32,000 bases of DNA from Candidatus Helarchaeota ASGARD archaeon Hel_GB_B (GTDB lineage Archaea > Asgardarchaeota > Lokiarchaeia > Helarchaeales > HEL-GB-B), in assembly GCA_005191425.1 (NCBI GenBank), contig SUPR01000002.1:1-32000 (forward strand), in the 5' to 3' direction. A program made the position numbers and the translations under genes. Under the pieces are notes generated by a model. That model was not told the origin of the DNA. It was given only the letters and a program-made list of their open reading frames with translations, and did not search any database. Within the stretch, counting starts at the first letter, position 1, and every line of letters starts with the position of its first letter. This document shows positions 10,557-18,957 of the stretch, one piece after another.

Positions 10557-11108
10557 TTATTTTAAATATTCAGATTGTATTTCAATAATTTCTTTACTAG
10601 TTTTAGCATTAGAATATCTATCCAATAATTCTTGATTTAATAACAAAAATTGAATACCCCAATTAAATTTATTTAAAATCTTTTTTGAATGTTCTTTATA
10701 GCCTAAAATAAATAATGATGCAGCAAATGCCTCAACACTACTTAACTTAAACGGTTTTCCATAATTTACTGGATTCGCAGCAATTAAATATGGTAAACTG
10801 CGATTGACTGCTCTAATTTTTTTACCATTAAATAACTGTTCTAAAAGAGCCCACGAACAGTCCATAACAACGATTCCATTTTTTTCAGCATAGATTCGGT
10901 CCTCGGCTGAGAGTGCTTTTATTGCCAATGGATTGAGTAATAAATGGCCCTTAGAAATTTTAGAAAAAGGAATAATTTTGACAAAACCAAACCGTTTTAA
11001 TTTTAATAATGTACATTTCTTGGGATCACATTGATTAGCATTATATCCATAAAGTTTTACAGGAAAAATCTTCCAATTTATATCTATCGCGGACTTAATT
11101 TGCTTCAT
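10557..11108 (-). CDS. tsr3: rRNA aminocarboxypropyltransferase Tsr3 (DUF367)
   Basis: QCDPKKCT, DCSW and RSLPYLIAANPVNYGKPFKLSSVEAFAA motifs. Confidence 0.95.
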   Translation of the reverse strand: MKQIKSAIDINWKIFPVKLYGYNANQCDPKKCTLLKLKRFGFVKIIPFSKISKGHLLLNPLAIKALSAEDRIYAEKNGIVVMDCSWALLEQLFNGKKIRAVNRSLPYLIAANPVNYGKPFKLSSVEAFAASLFILGYKEHSKKILNKFNWGIQFLLLNQELLDRYSNAKTSKEIIEIQSEYLK

Positions 11109-11198
11109 TCTAATGTCGAAACGATTTATTTGGTTTAAAATAGAATTAAAATTAAAATTTAATAATTTTATTAATTATTTTACTATATTTTGTAATAT

Positions 11199-13007
11199 TT
11201 ATTTTGGGATTATTTCGTTAAAAGGTTTTACAATGAACTCGCAAATAGGATCACCTTTATTTATACATTTTACCTCTTTACAAATTACTTTTTCATTAGT
11301 TATACATTCAAATATCCCTGCAATAAGACCAGCAGTTAAGTGGTCAACTATTTCACCGGATTTGTTTTTAACCGAGCCTATGATTGTATTTTCTACAAAT
11401 AGATGAGCTCTTTTTCTCTCAGGAGAAAAGTATTCCAGATGGAACGAGCCCCAGCCTTTAGAATTTGCTATTTTTGCCCAAAAATTAAAAATTGCCTCTC
11501 CTTCTAATTTTAACTTTTTAGACACATAATTTCCGAATTGAATTGCCATTTGTCTTCCTAAATTATATTGAATTTCACTGGACTGCTTTTTATCAGTTAA
11601 TTTTTCTATACTATCAATTATTAGCCTTAAATTTTCATCAGAAATCAAAAATGAACGGGACATTTCAATATTTATTATACCGTTTTTATCTATTCTTAAA
11701 TTATTTTTTAATAAATTGGATTCATAAATTAATGGCTTTAATTTTTCTGCTGGAGTTGCTATAAAATCACAATATTTACTATAACCTATTGCATTACACT
11801 TGATTTCAATACAATCCCATTGATCTTTAGTAAACAGCTCGAGACATGATGTAATAAGTCCTGCCACTACGCTATGAATTGGTTTATTGGTTTCCCAACG
11901 CGCCAAATTATGGACTCTTACCTGTAATATGCCCCGTCGGAGCTCCATTTTCAATACTTCGACCTTTCCAATTCCAAATGAATTTAATATGTTAATCAGG
12001 TCAGCAGGAGTAAATTGAGTGCGAGTTCGTATTATATTTGAAAAAAATGGATATAATTGTTTTCCTGCAAGTTTACCAGCTTTATATAGAGTTTCATTAT
12101 AAGTTAAATAATCTGTACTTTCAAATAATTTCTTTAATATTTTTGTATACATTATTTTTGGAAGTACTAAAAACTCAGAACCAAACAATTTGATAATACC
12201 ATCTTTAGAGATCGACATGTACTTTTTTATTGTTTCGAAATCTTCTAAAACTTCAGTTTTTAGTGATATACCTTTGTGAGTTAGGATATACGGGACTTCG
12301 GCAGAAATAATATCTGATCCGAACCCTCGGTTTTTAATTACCCTAAGATGAGGTATTAACGAATCGCCTATTTCTTTAACATTCAGGCTAATTATTGCGC
12401 CTGCCAAGTCTTCTAACGCAGTCATCAATTGTACAGAGTGGGCCCGGCGCTCGATATAAAATAATCCTAAATCACCTGTTTTTCTAAGAAAGTGGAAGAT
12501 ATCCCGAACAAATTTAAGTACCTTATTCTCATCTCCAACTGTAACGATCATACTGGTGATGTCATCAAAAATCCATCTGGCATTAACACCTTCTGGAATA
12601 TGTTCTCTTCGCAATCGTTCTATTTCATAACGCACTTTTGATAGGTCATGCGGACTACTCATCGTCTGAATTGATTCTTTGAACTTAAATTCTGGTGGAA
12701 ATTCTACTTTACCATAACAATTTAAAATAATATACCTCTTTTTCTTTGTTATCTCTTGGAAAAACGAAGGTGATGTCAAAAAGTCAGGTAATTGATAGAA
12801 CTGATGAGGTGGATATAAATATTCAATAACAAAAACCTTTCCTCTATCTTTTAATAATTGTTCTAGAGCAAAATAACCCATAAATGCCGTTTTTCGCGTG
12901 CTAGGATGTTCCGAAATTATTAAAATTGCACAACCCGGAGATAACCCACCACCTAAAAGTTTATCTAAACTCGCTAGCCCAAAAGGAATTACTGATCGTT
13001 TAATCAT
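11199..13007 (-). CDS. KaiC/RAD55-like RecA-fold ATPase domain fused to two V4R domains
   Basis: N-terminal G..LDKLLGGGL, degenerate Walker A (SEHPSTRKT), Walker B (WIFDD), LRVIKNRG. These are followed by two repeats ending E-x-KC-x3-G-x3/4-C-x-F (EIKCNAIGYSKYCDF; EVKCINKGDPICEF). Confidence 0.82.
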   Translation of the reverse strand: MIKRSVIPFGLASLDKLLGGGLSPGCAILIISEHPSTRKTAFMGYFALEQLLKDRGKVFVIEYLYPPHQFYQLPDFLTSPSFFQEITKKKRYIILNCYGKVEFPPEFKFKESIQTMSSPHDLSKVRYEIERLRREHIPEGVNARWIFDDITSMIVTVGDENKVLKFVRDIFHFLRKTGDLGLFYIERRAHSVQLMTALEDLAGAIISLNVKEIGDSLIPHLRVIKNRGFGSDIISAEVPYILTHKGISLKTEVLEDFETIKKYMSISKDGIIKLFGSEFLVLPKIMYTKILKKLFESTDYLTYNETLYKAGKLAGKQLYPFFSNIIRTRTQFTPADLINILNSFGIGKVEVLKMELRRGILQVRVHNLARWETNKPIHSVVAGLITSCLELFTKDQWDCIEIKCNAIGYSKYCDFIATPAEKLKPLIYESNLLKNNLRIDKNGIINIEMSRSFLISDENLRLIIDSIEKLTDKKQSSEIQYNLGRQMAIQFGNYVSKKLKLEGEAIFNFWAKIANSKGWGSFHLEYFSPERKRAHLFVENTIIGSVKNKSGEIVDHLTAGLIAGIFECITNEKVICKEVKCINKGDPICEFIVKPFNEIIPK

Positions 13008-13255
13008 TTTTAATACGTCATTGGAGAGTTGTTATAAAATAAAATAATATTTTATATTATTACAATTATAATATTGACCTTAATTTTTAATCATTATGAG
13101 AAAAAGGGAGAAATTTGAATTTTTAATTTGAGTAAAATTATTAAGTAAATAAGAGTTGGACTTATGATTTTTTGAAAGAATTTATTTGTTAATATTTGAA
13201 ATTAACAAATTAAGTAATATGGGCTCGCTGGGACTTGAACCCAGGAGCTCCCGCG

Positions 13256-13282
13256 TTCCGTACATTTAACCGATATAAAATA
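13256..13282 (-). other. tRNA intron 2 (27 nt, canonical 37/38)
   Basis: Positions 32-35 (CCGG) pair with intron ACGG (3 of 4 bp). Bulges are GGT and AAC. Removal restores a 7-nt anticodon loop. Confidence 0.72.
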
Positions 13283-13305
13283 CCCCGGGCGGGAATCATA
13301 ATCCA

Positions 13306-13342
13306 TTCTAGCTTATATAGAATTAATCTATATTATGAAAGG
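13306..13342 (-). other. tRNA intron 1 (37 nt, D-loop, position 17/17a)
   Basis: BHB-like junction: central helix CTAG/CTAG (exon 12-15 with intron), 3-nt bulges CAC and AAT, outer helix CTT/AAG, internal hairpin ATATAGA/TCTATAT. Confidence 0.8.
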
Positions 13343-13386
13343 TGCTAGACCACGAGCCCAAGTTTAGATTTTATCGTAGACTAATT

Positions 13387-13393
13387 TATTTAA
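13387..13393 (-). promoter_or_regulatory. Candidate TATA box for the tRNA gene
   Basis: TTAAATA on the minus strand 28-34 nt upstream of tRNA G1. Weak evidence in such AT-rich DNA. Confidence 0.3.
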
Positions 13394-13518
13394 TCTGGTG
13401 ATAAAAATTAAATTACCAGTTTTTAAAAATTTAATGTTTATAAAATCATCATAGAGATAAAAGATATATTTAAACTTGGTTTTTTTAACCGATTTAAAAT
13501 ATTTCCGGATGGTATAAA

Positions 13519-14202
13519 ATGAAAAAAAATCTCGTAATTTCAATGGGCGGGTCCCTAATTTTTGGCGCTAAAAAAGATACCAATTTCATTATGGGAGTTA
13601 GGGATATTTTGATTAAATATAAAGAGGACTATAATTTTGCAATTGTCTGTGGTGGAGGTAAAACAGCCAGAGAATATTCTTCTTTTGCAAAAGAGTTAGG
13701 ACTCTCAGAGAAAGCCCAAGATTTGTTGGGCATTGATGCGACTAGGCTTAACGCTAAATTATTGTTGTTTGTATTAAATAATTTGACAACAGGAAAAATA
13801 TATACAAGTATTAGTGAATTGGTAAGAGATTTTGGAAGTAAAATAACTTTATGTGGGGGAATGGTGCCTGGACAGAGGACAGATAAAGTAGCTGCTTTAA
13901 TAGCCAAAGAATTGAAAATAAAGACCTTGATCAATTTAACAAATGTAGACGGCGTTTATGATAAAGATCCTAATAAATATCCAGATGCTAAATTAATTCC
14001 TATTTTAGATTATAAAAAGTTTTATCAAATTGCAAATTTAAAAAAACACGTCCCATCATATCATTTTGTATTTGACTTTGACGCAAGTGAAATTTGTCAT
14101 AAAGAAAGTATTAAAGTCGTAATAATAAATGGACAGAATTTGATGAATTTAGACAAATTTTTGAATAATGCAGAGTTTATTGGGTCAATAATAGAGTTTT
14201 AA
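13519..14202 (+). CDS. pyrH: Uridylate kinase (archaeal UMP kinase)
   Basis: ISMGGS, VCGGGKTAREY, GGMVPGQRTDKVAA, LTNVDGVYDKDP. Confidence 0.93.
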   Translation: MKKNLVISMGGSLIFGAKKDTNFIMGVRDILIKYKEDYNFAIVCGGGKTAREYSSFAKELGLSEKAQDLLGIDATRLNAKLLLFVLNNLTTGKIYTSISELVRDFGSKITLCGGMVPGQRTDKVAALIAKELKIKTLINLTNVDGVYDKDPNKYPDAKLIPILDYKKFYQIANLKKHVPSYHFVFDFDASEICHKESIKVVIINGQNLMNLDKFLNNAEFIGSIIEF

Positions 14203-14281
14203 TTTTTATATAAATGGAAATTTTATTCTAATTTTTAATAATTGTATAAAAATAAAAAATTAATAAAAGAAAATAAATATT

Positions 14282-14707
14282 TTATTCTATTTCCTTTAAT
14301 TCTGACTCGCCCCATTCTTTTATTTTATCGCCTGAAATCAATTGGTCGAGTTCAGCCTTCAAGTCGCCAGTTGGCTTTAAAATGGCGACCCAGCCTTTTC
14401 CATATGGGTCTTCATTTAGAAATGCAGTATTTCTTTTATCAACATCGGGGTTTAATTCTATAATTTCACCAGTAATTGGAGCAGTGATTGGAATTACACC
14501 TTTTCCTGCTTCAGCAGTGCCCAAACTTTTACCAGCAGGAATTTCTCGACCTAATTTTTTTAGTTTTACAAAAACAATTTTTCCAGCTATCGCAAGTCCT
14601 ATTTGATCAATTCCGACTTTTACATTATCACCTTCTAATTTAGCCCAAACATGTTTTTTATGATAATATAAATCGTCAGGTAGTTCATAGTCTCCAACTT
14701 TTACCAT
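14282..14707 (-). CDS. gcvH: Glycine cleavage system H protein (lipoyl carrier)
   Basis: LYYHKKHVW, VKVGIDQ, lipoyl-Lys in EAGKGVIPITAPITG, LNEDPYGKGW. Confidence 0.93.
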   Translation of the reverse strand: MVKVGDYELPDDLYYHKKHVWAKLEGDNVKVGIDQIGLAIAGKIVFVKLKKLGREIPAGKSLGTAEAGKGVIPITAPITGEIIELNPDVDKRNTAFLNEDPYGKGWVAILKPTGDLKAELDQLISGDKIKEWGESELKEIE

Positions 14708-14862
14708 AATTATGCCTCATTGAACAATTAATATTAAATTAAGACAAACTATAAGTAATAATTTTTAAATCAGTAATTAAATCTTTTTATTTTTAATACT
14801 CAAATGCTCTATAAATATAAATTAGAAAATCTTGAAGGAATTGTCTTGAAAATTTATTGTAT

Positions 14863-16140
14863 TTACCTATATTTTCCATATTTTTTTACGGCTTTAAGCA
14901 TTGCAAAAAGATTTTCAATTTTAACGCCGTCATGGATCATATTATCAGAGCCGGCAATATATCCACCATTAACTTTGCCAATAGAAACTTTGTATTTGGT
15001 CTCACTATAAATCTTATTTGCATTTGCTTGTTCAAGTCTTTTTGAAGATATTCCACCAATAAGACAAATTTTGTCGCCGAATTTTTCTTTAATTTCCTTG
15101 AAATTATTCACATCTGCTTGAATTGATTGAAGCCCATCAAATCCGAGAGAAATGAGGTCATGGATAATTGAGTCTAATTTGCCGTCAGTGTGTAAAAATA
15201 TTCGCATACCGCGTCTATGGGCATGGTCTATAACTTTTTTATAGTGCGGAAACAAGAATTTTCTGTAATATTTTGGATTAACAAATGGCCCTTCATCGTA
15301 TACTAAGTCATCTAACAGCCCAATTATTTTAGCTCCAATTTCTGAAAATCTATCAATTACTTCAATGAAAAATTTCTCTAATTTGTTCCATAAATCTAGT
15401 ATAGGCCCGGATTTTTTTCTAAATTCGGATGATATCTGGTAATAGAATTTTGAAAGGTAAGGCACTCCATACAAACTATCCCAAATTTCCCAAAATCCAA
15501 GGCATGTCAATGGTTTACATATATTTATCCATTTAATTTTTTGATATGATTTAATACTGAACTCCCAATCGAAATTATTGACATCGATTATATTTAAAAT
15601 ATTTTTTAATTGCTTATAACTAATACTTTCGTCTTTATTTGGGGGAAATGCAATTGAACGCCATCTTATATTTGCCGTTTTTGGGTCAATATCTACAGAC
15701 ATTCCGGACTCTAAGACCATTAGTCCATCTTTTTTTCCAATTATTTTCGTAGAAGGAAACACAGGGAATCCAATACCATCATACTGAGTTAATAATTTAA
15801 TTGGAAGATAATACATCAGCAATTTTTGATAATTTTGCTTCCAATTGACGGGAATAGAAAATAGGAACCTTGCAGCTGGTTTCATCATAAGTGGTTTTCT
15901 AAATAAAGACCTATAATTACTACCCATACCCAGGTTCTCGCGGACTACATCAATGTATTCATAATAATAACCAGAATTCTTGATTATTTTTTTCAATTTT
16001 CTTGGAATATTTTTCCAAAAAATGAGTAATTTTAAAAGAGGGTGAGGATTAATTCCTAACTCAAAAAGCGGGACTCTATCAGGTTCTTCCAAATCAAATG
16101 CCCTTAGCAAACGCTCTTCTGAGTCCATTTTTATTCTCAT
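14863..16140 (-). CDS. Uroporphyrinogen-decarboxylase-fold protein (MtaA/CmuA-like methyltransferase family)
   Basis: EEPDRVP, LLDDL..GPFVNPKYYRKFLFPHY, FLHTDG, FGDKICLIGGI, GGYIAGSDN. Confidence 0.85.
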   Translation of the reverse strand: MRIKMDSEERLLRAFDLEEPDRVPLFELGINPHPLLKLLIFWKNIPRKLKKIIKNSGYYYEYIDVVRENLGMGSNYRSLFRKPLMMKPAARFLFSIPVNWKQNYQKLLMYYLPIKLLTQYDGIGFPVFPSTKIIGKKDGLMVLESGMSVDIDPKTANIRWRSIAFPPNKDESISYKQLKNILNIIDVNNFDWEFSIKSYQKIKWINICKPLTCLGFWEIWDSLYGVPYLSKFYYQISSEFRKKSGPILDLWNKLEKFFIEVIDRFSEIGAKIIGLLDDLVYDEGPFVNPKYYRKFLFPHYKKVIDHAHRRGMRIFLHTDGKLDSIIHDLISLGFDGLQSIQADVNNFKEIKEKFGDKICLIGGISSKRLEQANANKIYSETKYKVSIGKVNGGYIAGSDNMIHDGVKIENLFAMLKAVKKYGKYR

Positions 16141-16222
16141 TTTAGGTTTTTAAATGGTTTAGATGAATTTTAAATATTTTGTTTGTGAATCCTTTAATTA
16201 GTTAGTATAATGTGAATTTAAA

Positions 16223-16663
16223 TTGGTCGATTATTTATTAATAAATTGGCGGAAATATTTGAATTTGTGTAAAAAATTGAGTAATAAAATTACCGACAAA
16301 TTTGATAACTTGTTAATAATAGGGACGGGAGGTTGGATAGTAGGAAAAATTATAAATAAAAACTCGAATTTACCTATTTTTACAATGATTTGTAAATCTT
16401 ATAGAAATAAAAAACAGGGAAAAATCGTAATAAGTAAGGTTATACCCGACCAAAAATTGTCAGGGATAATATTAATAGTCGACGACCTGATAGATTCGGG
16501 AAGTACATTGATAACGATAAAAAAACATTTAATAGAAAATTTTAGGGACATTACTGATATAAAAATTGCGGTATTAATTAAAAAATCAAAAAGTAAAATT
16601 ATCCCAGACTATTACGTATTAGAAACAGACAAATGGGTAGTTTTTCCTTATGAATCTAATTAA
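16223..16663 (+). CDS. Purine phosphoribosyltransferase (Gpt/HGPRT-like)
   Basis: PRPP-binding motif ILIVDDLIDSGSTL and C-terminal PDYY..TDKWVVFPYE. Confidence 0.88.
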   Translation: MVDYLLINWRKYLNLCKKLSNKITDKFDNLLIIGTGGWIVGKIINKNSNLPIFTMICKSYRNKKQGKIVISKVIPDQKLSGIILIVDDLIDSGSTLITIKKHLIENFRDITDIKIAVLIKKSKSKIIPDYYVLETDKWVVFPYESN

Positions 16664-16682
16664 TTTGGAATAAAGACCTTAG

Positions 16683-17636
16683 ATGATTGAATGTATAATA
16701 GATTGTGACCCGGGAATAGACGATGCACTAGCATTAATTTTTGCGTCAAAATTACGTACTCTTAAAATTAAGGCTATAACAACCGTTTTTGGAAATTCAA
16801 CGGTTGAAAATACCTCGTTAAATGCATTAAAAATTTTGGACTTGATACAACGCACGGATATAAGGGTATATAGGGGGTCAGCCAGTCCAATTATAAAGAA
16901 TTATAGGTTTCCGGCTTATAACTATTTAGATGACGAGATTAATCCCCATGGTGCCAACGGACTTGCTAATATTGTTTTACCTCAGCCAACGCAAAAGCTA
17001 TCTGAATCGAACGCAATAGATTTGATAATCAACACAATTTTAGAAAATCCAAAAAGAATTTCGATTATTGCAATAGGTCCGCTTACAAACATAGCAATTG
17101 CCCTTTTAAAAAGTCCAGAAATTGCTCAATCTATAAAAGAAATTATAATAATGGGAGGCGCAATTAAAGTCCAAGGAAATATAAATAAATTTAGTGAATT
17201 TAATATATGGTCGGACGCTGAAGCTGCAAAAATAGTATTTAACATGATGAGTGATAAAATAATTCTAGTACCATTAGATGTTACGCGTCAAATAATATTT
17301 AAGAACGTAGAAATATTCAATAAAAATAACCTATATAACAAATTCTTATATAATATTTTAAATTTCTATAGCACCTTTCATTTAAACAATTGTGGATTTT
17401 TTGGCTCCATTTTACACGACCCATTTGCCGTAGGAGTTGCAGAAAACCGTGATTATTGTGATATAAGAGAAATACCATTAGATGTAGAAATAGAAGATCG
17501 GAACAAATATGGAAAAGTTTTTATTAATCTTGAAAAAGATAAAGAAAACAAAAAAATAAAGACTTGTCTAAACATTAGTTTAAAAAATATTGAAAAATTT
17601 TTGAATTATTTTGAAAAAAAACTATTAAATTTTTGA
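16683..17636 (+). CDS. Nucleoside hydrolase (IU-NH family)
   Basis: IIDCDPGIDD, TTVFGN, HGANGL, IGPLTN, EFNIWSDAEAA, PLDVT, LHDP. Confidence 0.95.
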   Translation: MIECIIDCDPGIDDALALIFASKLRTLKIKAITTVFGNSTVENTSLNALKILDLIQRTDIRVYRGSASPIIKNYRFPAYNYLDDEINPHGANGLANIVLPQPTQKLSESNAIDLIINTILENPKRISIIAIGPLTNIAIALLKSPEIAQSIKEIIIMGGAIKVQGNINKFSEFNIWSDAEAAKIVFNMMSDKIILVPLDVTRQIIFKNVEIFNKNNLYNKFLYNILNFYSTFHLNNCGFFGSILHDPFAVGVAENRDYCDIREIPLDVEIEDRNKYGKVFINLEKDKENKKIKTCLNISLKNIEKFLNYFEKKLLNF

Positions 17637-17659
17637 ATCAATTAGAAAGTTATTTGTTA

Positions 17660-18943
17660 TTATTTATCTATTAATTTGTTTATTTTATTAATGATATCTG
17701 AACCAGTTAAAACACCTTTAGGAGGTTCTAAAACCTTATCAATAATAGTTATTACACCATCTAATCGTATAAATGTCCTTGAACACTCAACACCAGGCAT
17801 ACTCATTGGTAGAATAACTTGGGCTAAATCGGATGTAAGTGTCTTATGGTGGTCAATAACGACCATAGGGATTTTTGCCATCTTTTTTACTAATCTAAAG
17901 GGTAATCTAGACATTGGGTCAGCATTTACAATTAATGCAGCGTCGATACTATTTTCTTTTAATAACTTAGCCAGACTGAATTCATTATCATTGAAACTGG
18001 TTTTGTTGTCCTTAAAACTTACTGCAAATGGATAACGGGTCATAGATCGCATTATAAAATCGCAACCAAAAGTATTTGCATCACTTGTTGTGGGCATAAG
18101 TATTATTCCCATTTTTTTGGCTAATTGAGCTATTAAATCAAGTGATTCAAATTCATCGCCACCTGCTGTGAATCCGGGGCCAATAAAGATTATTTTATGT
18201 TTGGAACCATTTAATAGTTCGTAAAAATCTTTAACACTTTTTAAAGGAAGGCCTGCAATTTTTTCATCTGTAAGACGCTCTCCGTCATGTAATTTTATTA
18301 GTGCTTTTAATAGTTCCTTGTCTTTTTGTGGCTCAACATAATACGAAATGTCAGAAATTTTTTCAGTAGGAGTTGGTCTTATGTCTATACAAACTACAGT
18401 TCGGGATTCTTTTCCACTTTGTATAATTCCAGACCTAGGGAAAACAACATATTTACTTGCTAACCTTAAGTGTAAATCAGATACATTACTTCCCCAAAAT
18501 ACAATTAAATCGACATAATCCTTGACTTTTTCCAACTTCATCATTTTTAATTTGTATTCCTTCCGCTTTTTATTGAATATACCTAAACACACAGATTGTT
18601 GGGTGTCAATGTATGCATTCAGTTTTTTGGCTAAGATGACCCCTTCGAACATTTCTTCACAACCACTATTGGTAAAACCGTAAATTATGGGGTTTTTCGC
18701 GTTTAAAAGAATTTCTGCAGATTTTTTTAGAGCATCATCTAAATTTGCTGGTTCTAAACTGCCATTTTTCTTAATAAATGGGGTTTTTATTCTATTTGGA
18801 GTGTCAGTATTTTTATAGTTAATATCAGCCCGTCCGCAGCAATTAAAGGTATCAGTTATTTTATTGTTTTCGATATTGAATTCAACATCATTACAAAGTA
18901 AAGAACAACCACCACAAATAAACCTAACTTTTTTATCAACCAT
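17660..18943 (-). CDS. fwdB: Formylmethanofuran dehydrogenase subunit B-like molybdopterin/tungstopterin protein (divergent active site)
   Basis: CGGCSLLCND...CC Fe-S motif, DLIVFWGSN, DIRPTPT, YPFAV, DAALIVNADP, G..IRLDGV. Confidence 0.85.
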   Translation of the reverse strand: MVDKKVRFICGGCSLLCNDVEFNIENNKITDTFNCCGRADINYKNTDTPNRIKTPFIKKNGSLEPANLDDALKKSAEILLNAKNPIIYGFTNSGCEEMFEGVILAKKLNAYIDTQQSVCLGIFNKKRKEYKLKMMKLEKVKDYVDLIVFWGSNVSDLHLRLASKYVVFPRSGIIQSGKESRTVVCIDIRPTPTEKISDISYYVEPQKDKELLKALIKLHDGERLTDEKIAGLPLKSVKDFYELLNGSKHKIIFIGPGFTAGGDEFESLDLIAQLAKKMGIILMPTTSDANTFGCDFIMRSMTRYPFAVSFKDNKTSFNDNEFSLAKLLKENSIDAALIVNADPMSRLPFRLVKKMAKIPMVVIDHHKTLTSDLAQVILPMSMPGVECSRTFIRLDGVITIIDKVLEPPKGVLTGSDIINKINKLIDK

Positions 18944-18957
18944 TTTTTTAACTTCCC

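Larger units (their letters stand above)
13220..13359 (-). tRNA. tRNA-Pro(GGG) with two introns
   Basis: Acceptor stem GGGCTCG/CGAGCCC plus discriminator A; T arm CTGGG-TTCAAGT-CCCAG; D stem GTCT/TGAT; anticodon stem CCCGC/GCGGG. Removing 37-nt and 27-nt inserts gives a 76-nt cloverleaf with loop CC-GGG-GC. CCA is not encoded. Confidence 0.85.

Noticed and set aside
13256-13288. Alternative tRNA identities (Ser-GGA, Val-TAC, Pro-CGG via two tiny introns)
   Set aside because: Ser needs a long variable arm. The Val and CGG readings need implausibly short introns or A37 and do not fit BHB geometry. GGG with G37 fits the canonical 37/38 site.
18587-18589. Selenocysteine in FwdB
   Set aside because: The ligand codon is TGT (Cys). 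There is no in-frame TGA and no SECIS-like element was evident.
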